From the human T2T-CHM13v2.0 reference genome, Homo sapiens, in assembly GCF_009914755.1 (NCBI RefSeq), contig NC_060926.1: a DNA stretch of 64,000 nt. One strand, 5' to 3'. Numbering within the stretch: the stretch's first letter is position 1; each line of letters starts with the position of its first letter. Of this stretch, positions 52,187 through 64,000 are shown piece after piece. The translations under genes and the position numbers were made by a program. The notes under the pieces are model-generated. The model did not search any database. It saw nothing but the letters and a program-made list of their open reading frames with translations, and was not told the origin of the DNA.

Positions 52187-52952
52187 TGTGTTAGTTTGCT
52201 AGGCCTGTAGTAACGAAATTCCACAGATTGGATATCTTAACAGAAATTGATTCCTCACAGTTTAGGAGGATCCTAGTCCAAGATCAAGGTGTTGGTAGGT
52301 ATGGTTTCTTCTGAGGACCCTCCTCCTGCCTTACAGATGGCCATCTTCTTGCCTTGTCCTCACGTGATCTTTTCTCTGTGCACATGTGCTATGGTTTGCG
52401 TGTTTGTCCCTTCCAAAACTCATGCTGAAACTTACTTGTCATTGTAACAGTATGAAGAGGTGGGGCCTTTAAGAGATGACTAGGTCATAAGGGATCCACT
52501 CTCACGGGTGAATTAATGCTGTTATGGAGAGAGTGTGTTAGTTACTAGGGGAGTGGGCTCCTGGTAAAAGGTTCATCGGCTCCCACACCATGTGATGCCT
52601 TTTGCTAATGTGCTTACCCTCCCCAGATGCCAGTACAGTGCTCTTGCACTTCTCCACCTTCAGAAATTTGAGAAATACATTCCTTTTCTTTATAAGTTAC
52701 CCAGTCAGTGATATTCTATTATAGCAACAAATATGGACTTAGCACATATCCCTGATGTGTCTCTGTGCATTCAAATTTCCCCTTCTTATAAGGATACCAG
52801 TCAGATTGGATTAGAGCCCATCTTAATGGCCTCATTTAAACTTAATTACCTATTTAATGTCCTTATCTCCAAATAGAGTGACATTCTGACATACTGGGGG
52901 TCAGGGCTTCAACATATGAATTTGGAGAGAAAACACAGTTCAGCCCATAACA
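52187..52952 (-). mobile_element. MLT1B-like solo LTR, split by an MST LTR
   Basis: TG...CA ends, TSD GTCAT / GTCAC, GTCCAAGATCAAGGTGTTGG, CAGTCAGATTGGATTAGAGCCCA, ACAGTTCAGCCCATAACA. Confidence 0.85.
52387..52744 (+). mobile_element. MST-family (MSTC/MSTD-like) solo LTR, nested
   Basis: TGCTATGGTTTG..TGTTTGTCCCTTCCAAAACTCATG...GAGGTGGGGCCTTTAAGAG...TTTATAAGTTACCCAGTC...TATTCTATTATAGCAACA. Confidence 0.85.
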
Positions 52953-55900
52953 GTCACTTTTGAGGTAAATGAATTTTAAGACCTGTGACTAAATGTCTGG
53001 GCTAATGTTAAGGTGTCAATGTTTTAATCATGAAATTGATGGTTATCTGTCTTTTAGGACTGCTGTGGTAATATGGAGCTTCATCTTCTGAGGAAATGGA
53101 TTGCTTATAGTAGAAGCACAGCTCACTCAGACTGAGGCCTTTGGAAAGTGTTTCAGATCTGGTGCTTTTAGATTAGGGTTTTGACTACATTTATTTAGAG
53201 ATAAAATAGCCACCAGTTAGAAGAATTTAGTCTTTTTACCTCAGTGTATTTCTAACGAAAATTTTATTCCATTACTTTGAGAACTGTGGGAGGAAAATTA
53301 TAAACATCTCTTTCTATAGACCCTTGGGAACCAAGGGGACATAGAAAGCCAAATATTTTCTGGAAAAATAAATACTCAAATTTATAAACATTTCATTCAT
53401 TTCTGAAGGATGAGACAATAGACATACGAAATGTATTTCAGGATCAATGATGCTATCCACCAAAGCTGTATAAATTAACAATTTGTTATTGGACACCATT
53501 TATGTGAGGAATGAAATGTCACTCGCCATGTTGTTTTCAGTCAGTCAAATTGCTTCTGAGTACTTGACAATCTTCTATATTGTACCAGTGAGATGCAGAT
53601 ATATACGTATATATGTATTCAAGACTCCTCTATTATTTATTGCCCCTGGCCCAAACACACCAAATGAAAGTACTTTCTGCCTACATCATGAATCACTGTA
53701 CACCATAAATAAAGCTGTCACAAAATGAATTTTATTTTAGTTAACTGAAAAAAAATCAAGAAAAAATACATTTCCCTTTGTTTAGAATAGTAGTTGCCAA
53801 AATTGAATTACAAAATGTATTGTTTTTCGTTGAAGAGCAAACCAAAAATGAATTAGACGTGGACTCTCAGGGGATAATATCCACTGGCACAGGGAAAGCA
53901 GATTTAGTGGCTATGTTTGCAACTATGAGCCAGAGAATATTAATTTGTTATTCTAAAATTTAGCTTTCTGTATAACTTGAGGTATGAAGTGGGAATATGC
54001 TGTTAATAATGATAACGGTTGGCTTATTTGTTGGAATCTTCCAATAAGTATTTTTATGACCACTAGAAAAAAAGGGTGTAAATTTAAAAGTAGTTATAAA
54101 GTATATTGAAAAGATAATTTTAAAATTGAGAAAGGAAAGAAAAGAACTTTTAATATTCTGTTGTGGAATTATGGCTCTCTTTCATCCTCCTCGCATTTTC
54201 AATAACACTTAGTATTATTGACATAACTTTGTCTTCTTTGAATTGCTTCTTGAGCTCTGCCATTCACTAATGGCTTTTGCTCTTAGCATTGTCTTGAAAA
54301 AATTAATTTTCAGTCTTTTTTTTTCTTTTTTGTGCCTTCTTAATACTCTTTTCGAACAAAACCTTTAGTAGAATTTCAACATATAATGGAGCTGCTCTCA
54401 GTCAGGGATTGACTCAGCCCTGTTCAGAGACCGAACCCTCTTTTTCCCTCCTCCTCCACCACTACAGCAATCATCAAGTGCCTCTTTGAAACCTCAGGAC
54501 ATCAGGAGCAAAGGGTGAATGTGACTATTCCCAGCAATGCAGATCCATGTATTTACCTCTTCTTATTCTTTCTGTTTTATCAAACTTTTCCGAGTCCAAT
54601 TCTCACAACAAGTAGCAATTAATACATGGCAAAGCCATATCTCGGTGGAGTTAGATGTAGATAATTTGGCATTTCTTACTCACTCTTCAAGCTGGACTGC
54701 CCAGGTTCCTTGAAACTAGCCTGTGCCATTTTCAACTCAAACATTTTTTTCATGACTTTCCCTCTAACTGGAATGCAACTTTTTTTTATCTCTTCCATTT
54801 GAAAACTTGTACATCATTTGTTAGTCATTTCTAGTATTCCAAATATAATTTACTGGTGCTGTCAAACTAAATGAGATCTAGTACCTTTTATGACAATTAT
54901 TTAACCATTGCTTATGATATGATCCAACATATATTTGTGTTAATTGGTAAAAACTCTTTGATGAGACAGAAGAGTGTTTAGAAAGACACATAGACATCTG
55001 TCCACACCCATTTATTCAGTTTAGAAAATTAAGAAATGGAACAGCTGATATTTCTATAAAATGCATGAAAACTGAGCTGAGAAGATGTGCTTGGACAGAG
55101 CATAGAAGGTAAGCAATAATTAAGATACAGAAAAGGAGGCCATCAGAGAGAGTGAGAAGAAGCAGACACATCCTACATCTAAATTCTTTATTGCTATATA
55201 AGGTAAATAAAATCTACATAAGTATAGTCTAGCCAAAATATGCAGCTGGCAAAATGGAGATATTGAGAAGATATAATAAAGTAACTAGAAAAAAATATTG
55301 CAAATTATTGTATTCAGCTGCTTTCTGGTAGATAGGAATTGCTTGAATATAAGTTCATGAGCAGAGCCAGTGGTCCCAGTGAATATCAGACTGCTGATAT
55401 TCTAGACTTTAATCAAGGTGCTATATTGCTACAATTGTGAAAAATGGTGGTCTTTTTGAATTTTGCAGAAAAAGCAATTTACTGGTTAGAATTTCCTTGT
55501 GTCTAAACAGATGTCTTATCATTTTTTCTCATATTCCTTTGATACTTACTACTGTTTGTCTGCTAGCAAAAGCAGTTTTTAAAATAAATATTGATGGGAA
55601 AATTTGAGATAGCCAGTAACACTTGTTATTGACATATGTTTTGCATGGTCATGAATTTTTCCTCTTTTTAAAATACTGATCTAAAATATGTTTATGTTTC
55701 CTGCTGTTAAAATTTCCATAGATTTTAATATGGGTGGGAAAATATCAGTATGTGAGTGTGAGTTGTTTTTTTTTTTAAAAAGAAACTCAGGTGTAAGAAT
55801 TACTAGCAAATATATTTGAAAGGATAATTTTCAAGAAGTGAGGCAGCATGCTGCATGAAAAAAAATGAGGATATGCTGGAGAAAAAGGTTACTCAAAATT

Positions 55901-57599
55901 TGCCTCAGTGTGACTATGGCAGTTCTTTTAAAAAGCCGTGTTATCTGTTCTTGATTCAGAGTGGTTTATGACTCTCATTCTGAAGTTTAGTTTTGAAGTT
56001 TGAGAAACCATTACCACATGGTTGAGAATTTGTTGGTGTGAATGTTATTTTTTGATATTATAGATTGTCCTGTGTTATATTGACTCCAAAACCTTTAATT
56101 TGTTGAAGATATGGATGTTTGGTGGCTATTTTCCAAGCTGCATATTATTGCAAAAAGAAAAAACACAAGGATATATGAATATTAGATTTTTTAATCAACA
56201 AATCCAGAAGTTACCATGTACCTAGGCCTAATAGTAATCAGTAAAGTAAAGAAGACAGTGGTCATGGGGGAAATTAAACTATCTCCTTGTTTGTTGGAAT
56301 ACCATGGGGCTTTTATATGAGGAAAACACAAAGAATATTTGTTTTATTTAGTAATCTAAATTGTGTAAATTTGCTTTATGCAAGACTTTATTAGGAATTA
56401 GAAGAGCAAACAAAGCTAGGGACCTACAGTTACCTTCTTTAGAAAACATATTGTGCCCTTCATATAATTAACAGATTGGTGTAGAAGTCAAACCTGATTA
56501 CTGGGATAATGCACTCAAAAGTGCCATGCAAAACATCATTCAAATGTTAGATATTATTAGCTTATTAAAACAGAAGCTTCTGGGCAAGGTAAAAAAAGTA
56601 GCCAGAACATACATATAGTGTAATTAAACAAATTCCCTTTATCTTCTGTCCTCACATTATATACACACATATGTAGGTATTTGCACTCAAGTAACCCAAA
56701 TTGTCATATAATTTCTAAAATCTTTGTTGATGTTCAGTGTAAAAATGTGTGATTTTGTTATTGAAATACTTGCCTAGGAAAGGCTTTAGCTATTAAAACA
56801 TAAATAGGTCTAGAGATAATCAAGAGTTCAAAAATGGTGCAATGGGGAGAATAAGGATTTGCAACAAAGAGAATTTGAGGCAAAATAAAGGAATACAAAA
56901 TGAACACTAATTTTATCAGAGTTCTTTAATAGGAATATGATGTATAATAATTTATAATGCTTGAGGATTTCACAGAAATCAAGTTCCATCAAGTCTTATT
57001 AAGAGGCAGTTTCATTCCCTATAGGAAAAAAGGAAAGTAAATGATCCAACATGTTTCATAAATGCCACTGACATTGGGGGGCATGATCTTACTTCTTTGT
57101 CGTGACAGATAAACGACAGAGAGAACATTTTTTGACAGAAAATGTCCAAAAATAGCACAGTGTTCAAGACAGATTGACCAGATTATTCAACGTAAAGCAG
57201 AGAACTAGAAAGTTATCCAAGGAATATTTATTTTTCCATCACAGGTGATGCAGTGATCTATAGAACAAACTATAACTTTAGTAATCCGACGCTAGAAACT
57301 AAATGACTAGGGAAGCAGAGCAGCAGATGCTAAAGATAATTTGTACCCTCTCTGACACTCTGTTGTTTTTCTAACGGTATTGTTGCATAAACTTCAATCA
57401 TCTCTTCCCCTTGCTTTTGTTATTTCTCTTACATACTTATTCTGAATCTGATGCCCTTGAACTCATCTGAGGCTTCCCAAAAGAATGACTAGAAGGGTAT
57501 GTTGATAGGATGATAGATACACTAATGCTTAGCTACGTTGCATGTCTCTCATTTCTCACTGTAGTTCCATGGTGAGGTTAAATGCTTTGAAGAAGGTTA

Positions 57600-58393
57600 T
57601 CGCCCCCACAAAATATCAAACAGGTTATAAAGTGTTGGTTATCACAAGATATAAGAGTGTTTTCTTCTTGATGTTTAAAATTTTGGATTTTGGGGGATGT
57701 AGAAAACATAGGCCACCTATTAGAATGTCTACATTTTCAAGTCCATGTACTTTTAATGCATGTGATGATCCCAGCAGAAAGACGTATGGAATATACAGCA
57801 GGAATTGCGTGGGAGTCCTGAGAGGTCTGCCAGGGAAGATCTGCCTGTTTTGACAAGGAATGGGGTAGTGGAGAGACCCCCAGAAAGGGGAGAGAGTGAT
57901 CTTTGAGTAAGTCAGAAAATAATAAGAGATTACCAATATTTGTGTTTCAACAATCTTAGTAAAGTAAGACTTTCTTCTTATCATCGCATTTGTCCTCCTT
58001 CTCTCCCCAGAAGCTGTTCAGTGAGTAGAGGGTGGGGTTTGGAGGAGGTGAGGAAGAACACAGGGAAGAGTACTGGAGAAAGACAGAAGCCTCACCCCAC
58101 TGTTGGCCGGTGAGATTTGCTGGTCTTTCCTGATCTAGGGAAGTGTTGAAATTTTATTTGGTTAAGATTAGAGTCTTAGTGGCTTAAAATACATCACCTA
58201 AGAATTGCTTATTAATTAATTTCTGAAAGCCGTTAAACTGCTAAAGCATATGCCCAAAATTTGGTCTAGGAAAGAGGAAGATGGGGCGCCAAAGCTGATG
58301 TTGGAGGTGTTAAAACTAAGTGATAGAAACAAGTAAAGTTTGTTATTCTTTCCTTAAGCCTTCTGAGTCCAGCCTGTTCTGTAAGCTGGTTAC
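57600..58393 (+). mobile_element. Possible ancient Gypsy-type LTR fragment
   Basis: Purine-rich block ending GAGTCCAGCCTGTTCTGTAAGCTGGTTACA, similar to the end of 671-1982. Weak recognition. Confidence 0.3.
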
Positions 58394-58394
58394 A

Positions 58395-58545
58395 TGTGCT
58401 TTACCTCATTGAATCCTTATGAGATGGATTCTATTATTATTATTATTTGAAGAATGTGCATTCAAGAGAGGTTATAAAACTTGTCTGAGTTCACACAGTT
58501 AGTGGATGGCAAGGCCAGATTTTGAAGCTAGACACTGACCCTTAT
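58395..58545 (-). mobile_element. MIR fragment
   Basis: AATCCTTATGAGATGG...AGAGAGGTTA..AACTTGTCTGAGTTCACACAGTTAGTGGATGGCAAGGCCAGATTTTGAA. Confidence 0.7.
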
Positions 58546-58832
58546 CCAGGATGGATAGGTGCAAGAATTGGGTAAAATGGGAGGTAAGATCCCATGACTG
58601 TGAACAGCAGTGGTATAAAAGCTCTGAAATAGATAAAGGATAAGAGATTTAAAGCAAGGGCTTGGGAACCAGAGCATAAAATCAGAGACTAGAAAGCCTT
58701 TAGTATTAGTCCACAGGGTCAAGACAAATTTTAATACAGCCAAGGTTAGTGATTCAAGCAGAAAATACACAAGATCTATGTGGCTAATCAGCAGAATGCT
58801 CAATAGAATGTGACAAGTACACTGGCAAACAG

Positions 58833-58960
58833 AATTCATTTACTCACTCAAGAAAAATATATTAAAAACTCTAGTACAGGCGAGATTTTGTATAAGGCCC
58901 AGAGATTGCATTAGTCAGCAAAGCAAATGAGGGCTTCTGTCCTCATGTGGCTTCTTTAGG
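58833..58960 (-). mobile_element. L2 3' end
   Basis: ATTCATTTACTCACTCAAGAAAAATATATTAA...CTTCTGTCCTCATGTGGCTT. Confidence 0.5.
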
Positions 58961-60287
58961 AGGCAAAGTAAAAGTGGGTGTTTTGTCTTTTAACTGCTTT
59001 TATATTTCTAATCCTGTACACGTGGCTTCCCAAACACAAAACAGTTTTCAGATCTGTTGGAAAGCAGTCCACTGCCGTCATCTTGTGCTCCTACTTGTCT
59101 TCCTGGGTGTACCAAAATGACAAGGCCCTGACTATTCCTTCACCTGTGCCTTTTCTCAGGATTGTTTATGCAGCAGCCATTTCTGGAAACTGAGGCCATG
59201 CATCCCAGGAATGTATCGTGTTTACCTGAGTTATGCTTGGTCTCCCCATGAGTAGAACAGAGGCTTGCTTAATGTTTATTGTAAAAGTAGTGTGTGCTCC
59301 TTAAACTCAGGGCTCCTCTCTGATGACACACTCCACTGAATATACAATCTCTACCTAGCCCTTTGGGTTGCCCTGTGGGATTTAGGGCTTGGGGAATCAG
59401 CACTAACTGATTAACAACTGTGCTGATTCTTCTGCTTCTGTGACCCAGGAGTCCTGTGTCTGCTGTCAAAGTCTATGGAGCTTGACAAGCTAATCTGTTA
59501 GTTTATACAGTTGTTGCAGTGTGAATTGTCCTGCTACTAAGTCCCCTCCCCATATCACACGTATTGAAGTAGGGTAGAATTTCAACAGACTCCTCTTAGG
59601 AGCCATGCAGATTATTCAATCAATCACTAGTATGTGATTGTGTTTGCCAGGAGAATCATTCTCTACTTTTTCATCACCAAGCCCAAAGGCAGAGAGATCT
59701 ATGGCCTCACAGAATGGTTGTCCTTGTTTATTGTTTTCTGTTTTAGTTATTTGGGTGTTTTTAAAGAAATGACTATTCTACCTAAAAATATTTGCTTAGT
59801 TTATCATGCTGTCAACCATACTTCAATCCACTTGGCAAACTGTTTTCTGAACAAAGTTGTCTCGTGATTATAAATGGAGACCATGGAGGTAGGAGAAAGA
59901 TAAATGTTTATCACAAATCCCTAGGATGAATCTTAAAAAAGATGTCTACAACAGTTTTATTTGAAAGAAAGGCCAGAGTTGTACTAATTAGCACATTGGA
60001 AAGTGCTTCTTTACATGGTTTGTTTTATGGGAACAGAATAAATTTAGGCCACAGGCTGATTTAAAATTTTTTCCCTCCGAATATAGTATAGTTTTTAAGT
60101 ATTCACATCATGACATTCAAAAGTGAAAGACTTCAAGATTTTGTGGAAATAAGTGGGTTCATGGAAAGTGCAAGCATAGGTCATAAAGATTATATTATAT
60201 TGGCGAGTTTTTACTGTATTTTTTCCCTCTCTTTGAGGCAATCCAATACTTGAAATCTTCTTTTCACGACTTCTCTTTGCTCACCGG

Positions 60288-60317
60288 AAAATATTCACTG
60301 ATGACAGTGAATATTTT
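60288..60317. repeat. Perfect inverted repeat, 13-bp arms, 4-nt loop
   Basis: AAAATATTCACTG-ATGA-CAGTGAATATTTT. Confidence 0.93.
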
Positions 60318-61919
60318 GAATAATCAAAGGTTACTGCATAAACCCTATCAGGTTTGTGCCTTCTAGGAACATGCTTGTCAATTTATGGTGAAAGCTAGAA
60401 ACTGCAGGCCTATATACAAACAGATGAAAACAAGGAACACCCCACTGTATGAGTGGTCTTCCTTTTAACATCTTTTTCAAAAAATATGATTTCCAGGACA
60501 ATAGTGTATCAGAAAAGTGTGATTGCTTGGGCTTACCATGACTACATGGCCCTCAATTCTTCAAAAAATATTCCTTATCAAATTAAATTTTCTAAAGTGT
60601 TGTCTAAAGCTGTATCTGTAGTTTAAAACACAAACACTTCTAAAATTTTAGTTTCGCCAAGTATTAGCCACTAGAAGTTTCTGATAAACACACATACACA
60701 CATAAACTGGACATAGGTTTAAGTTTTGCTGAGACCAATGACTAACCGTTAATATGTTTCTCTGTAAGCTCTTCAAGTAGCACAGGGAGCCTGGCATTTA
60801 AATAGTTGCTGGTTGAATGAATAAATGAGTGAGTTGTATCAGAGGGAATGGCTATGGATTAAATATATGTAATTGGATTTAATGCCTCTAGGCACTTGTA
60901 CTGTAGATTCTGAGCCCAAACATTATGGTATATATATATTTTTTTTTCCTGAAGCAAATGCCTTGCTATTTTCAGGGACTGTTATGTGTTCACTTTCAGC
61001 AATGTAATGTGGAGGTGTCTGGAATCTCCTCAAAGCTAATCTATGAGAAAAGTTTGGTTTTGCTGAATTGGGAGATGACATTTCAAATCTAACTAAAGAA
61101 TCAGATTAATATATTCTATAATTTTATGTCTTGGGCTATTGGGTAAGAATTTCAATTGCTTTATTTTTAGGAAGCTGGTCAGATAAAGTTGTTTTTGCCA
61201 GATAAAAAGTGACATGTATTTTCTTGTCATTTCTCTTTAATGTTTTTATTTCCTTTAAGAGAAATGATTTTACGTTAAAACTTTTATTCTTATTCAGTAT
61301 TTCCTTTCAATGTTCTTTAAAAATATCTGCCAATGAAACTAATTCACCTTCTTGCAAAATGTTAACATTTTCAATTTTAAGTAGAAACCACCTTGCCAAC
61401 AGTGTTATTTCAAAACGTTTGATTTGTCATGATATGTTCAGTCTATTTTTAAGATTCTCCAAATTGAATTTTGAGGTTGGTGCTTGTTCCAAGTTAGAGC
61501 AGCATGCAATATGTTGCAGTATGACTGAGTGGAGGAGAGAAAGAGATCCAGGAATAAATATATCTAGAAGAGTGCTCACAGAAAAATTCTGTCTTTTCAT
61601 TTCCCCAGCAAAGAAGATTAACTTGCCAAATGGCATCTTGCCCTCAAAGTCATAATGAATCTCATTGATGAACAAGTGTGATAGTTACTTTTGATGAATA
61701 CTTCCATTTATGTGAAGCACAAAACATTGTTGAAAAATACATGAATTATCTGACTTCTCATTTTCAATCAAAGATAGTTTAGTGACTAGTCATACTGAGA
61801 TGTTTGTGCACAATGCTGAGGCCATAGTAGGTATTCAATAAATACTAGTGACTGATGAAGTACTGAACATCCTTAAAAGAAAGCCTACTACTCGTGTTAA
61901 CAAAGAAGAATTTTCTTTT

Positions 61920-62080
61920 CTAATACTCAACAGTGTATGCCAAGCACTGTTTAATTAGACATAAAAATGAGAATAAGACAACATTCTAGCCATCAGGAAA
62001 CTCACAGTGAAATGAGGGATATATACCTGTAATACTAAGGGGGAAATGTTACACAGGACATTAAGGAATCTTCATCAAGG
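61920..62080 (-). mobile_element. L2 fragment
   Basis: TATGCCAAGCACTGTTT...ATAAAAATGAGAATAAGACA..TTCTAGCCATCAGGAAACTCACAGT. Confidence 0.6.
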
Positions 62081-64000
62081 AAAACTGTTCTCTTAGTAAC
62101 ATTTACATGTATCTTGGAATAACTGGATTGAACCTCCACCTTTTTGAATAATCTACTTTTTAAACAGCCATAATTTCTTTTTATTTTCTATATGAATGCT
62201 GTTTTAATTTAGCAAACAAGTATACATTGTTCAACAGCAATGCACATATCCCTTGGCACAAATCAGTGCTCCTCAATAAACAATTTTGATTGAAAGAATG
62301 ACTCTTTACTAGATTACATTTAGATTTTTAATATTAAAAATGTTGATTTCGCTATCAAGAATCTGTCTCAATTTTAATTTTTTTCTTCTTCCATTTATGT
62401 CTTAAGGAAATCTATGATGTTTACTGACCCTCTTGTAACTCCTTAATTGGGCTTGGTTCATAATTATGATGTATTTTCCACAGTTTTAGAGGAAAATCTA
62501 TGTTCTATAAAACTGGAGATTTTAAATCAGTAATCTGTTGCAGTTAACATTGTTTCCACATTTAATGGAATTTTCAAGTCTTTAGCTTACGAAGGGCATT
62601 TTTATTTAATATTCCAGAGTCAATCTAATAGGCTTAAAGTATTTAATGTTTCATGTTGATTTGGTAGCTTTGTAGATGAAATAAATTATGCGTATTTTTA
62701 TTAGGTACACTGGAAAAGGAGGCCTCTTTTTCAGTCATGTAAGAATACCTGCTGCTTTATTTTTGCATTTCTTTGTGAAGTGCTTTCCCTTTTATCCCCT
62801 TTGCTAAATCAGTGTGGAGCCCAAAGCATCATCACAGTGTAAGGAAATAATTGAATTTCTACTTGGGAAATTGGATTTTGACGAGTTGGATTTCCCCAGT
62901 GGAGTATGAATGACAGTAACTCAAACTCTAAGAAAAGGGCATCTTTGGAATATCCTTGTAGAATAGTTCACAGAATCCTGGGCCATAGTTTTAGTGTTCT
63001 TTTCTTTCCCCCTACTAGATTGCAAATTTCCTCATGTGCCTTTCTTTAACTATCATGTATATAACATGAGTGATAGATTAAAACGCAAACTGTGAAGAGT
63101 GTCTTAACGAAGGTTGGGATGCAGTGCTAAATTCCGTAATCGTGTGAGGTTATCTGAGGAATTAAAGGAATTGAGGTCTATTGCTGAGGTACAGTGTCTA
63201 TTTGTACAGTAGAAGGATTCATTCTAGGAATGGCACTGAGAAGATGCAGTCAGAAAAGAAGAAATGCCAAGCTGGGTAGACATTCAAGAGATTCTGTGGA
63301 TTTCTGTGGACATAAAATACCCCTTCATACAAAATTAAAAATGCAGTTTTCTAATTATGTTGTCTAGACACTATTGAAGTATTCCAATTTCCTTTATTAT
63401 TATATCTCAATGATTTCACTGTTATATTGACATAATTGTTTGCTTTGTATCTTTTAAACACCTGACCACCTTACTAAATGAAGCGATACCTTTTGGGCAT
63501 TACTCAGTTGAGGATCCTGGGTCATGTTTTTGTATCAAATGCAGGCAAAGAATTTAGCATTTGAGAAGGCAGTGTAGAAGTCTATATTGCTAACTAATGT
63601 TTGAGTCACTGAACTCAAATCATGTTTTAAAGGGTTTTTTTTGTGATACTTATGAAAAAGTATGCTATATAACAGAGTTGAATGACCTGATGTTGACAAC
63701 ATTTAAAGTAGACTACCTAGAATACTAGCTGATTACCTTGTTAGCATTATTGCAATTTATTAATTTAAATTTGGAAGGGTGCTTAAGAGTCACGGAATAT
63801 GCTTATTAGAAGAAGCTGTATCATTCAATTTTATAAAATATTCTCTTAAGGGTAAAAAAATCTTTTTCAAAATACTTGCATCAAAATCAGTGGCTATAGC
63901 TGGTTGAGCCAGCCCATTTTATTCTAGACTCATTGTAGCCCATTCTATTCTAGGATTGCTGGCCAAGAGACTTTAGCACATACCTATTGAGCAATGTCTA

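Noticed and set aside
60976-61142. Exon-like segment TTTTCAG|...TGG|GTAAGA
   Set aside because: The longest frame I traced hits a stop, and such site pairs are frequent by chance. Similar unsupported pairs lie at 8441-8571, 15303-15363 and 26378-26440.
61209-61675. Overlapping 148 aa (+) and 82 aa (-) ORFs in unique sequence
   Set aside because: Non-ATG starts, F/L/S/I-rich composition typical of AT-rich non-coding DNA, no recognisable homology and no convincing splice boundaries.

Overview
AT-rich, CpG-poor primate (most likely human) non-coding DNA, dense in interspersed repeats. I recognise 11 Alus (J, S and Y ages; 10 on the minus strand), L1 fragments from old L1M to a 2.6-kb 5'-truncated L1PA with intact TSD, MaLR solo LTRs (MLT1/MST), DNA-transposon fossils (MER2, Tigger2a, MER20, MER30, MER119-like, Arthur1-like), MIR/L2 remnants and microsatellites. 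No host protein-coding exon, RNA gene, CpG island or CRISPR array can be supported, and the longer ORFs are L1 ORF2 remnants or Alu/L2/simple-repeat artefacts. The orientation bias of the retroelements suggests, but does not prove, a large intron of a gene transcribed on the + strand. I found no evidence for a new biological system. The points most worth checking are a perfect 19-bp-arm hairpin beside the L1PA insertion site, two 5'-inverted (twin-primed) L1 insertions with TSDs, a candidate Alu-derived cryptic exon, an orphan A41 tract heading a diverged tandem duplication, and several nested insertions. Repeat subfamily names come from recalled consensus sequences, not a database search, and boundaries of old repeats are approximate.
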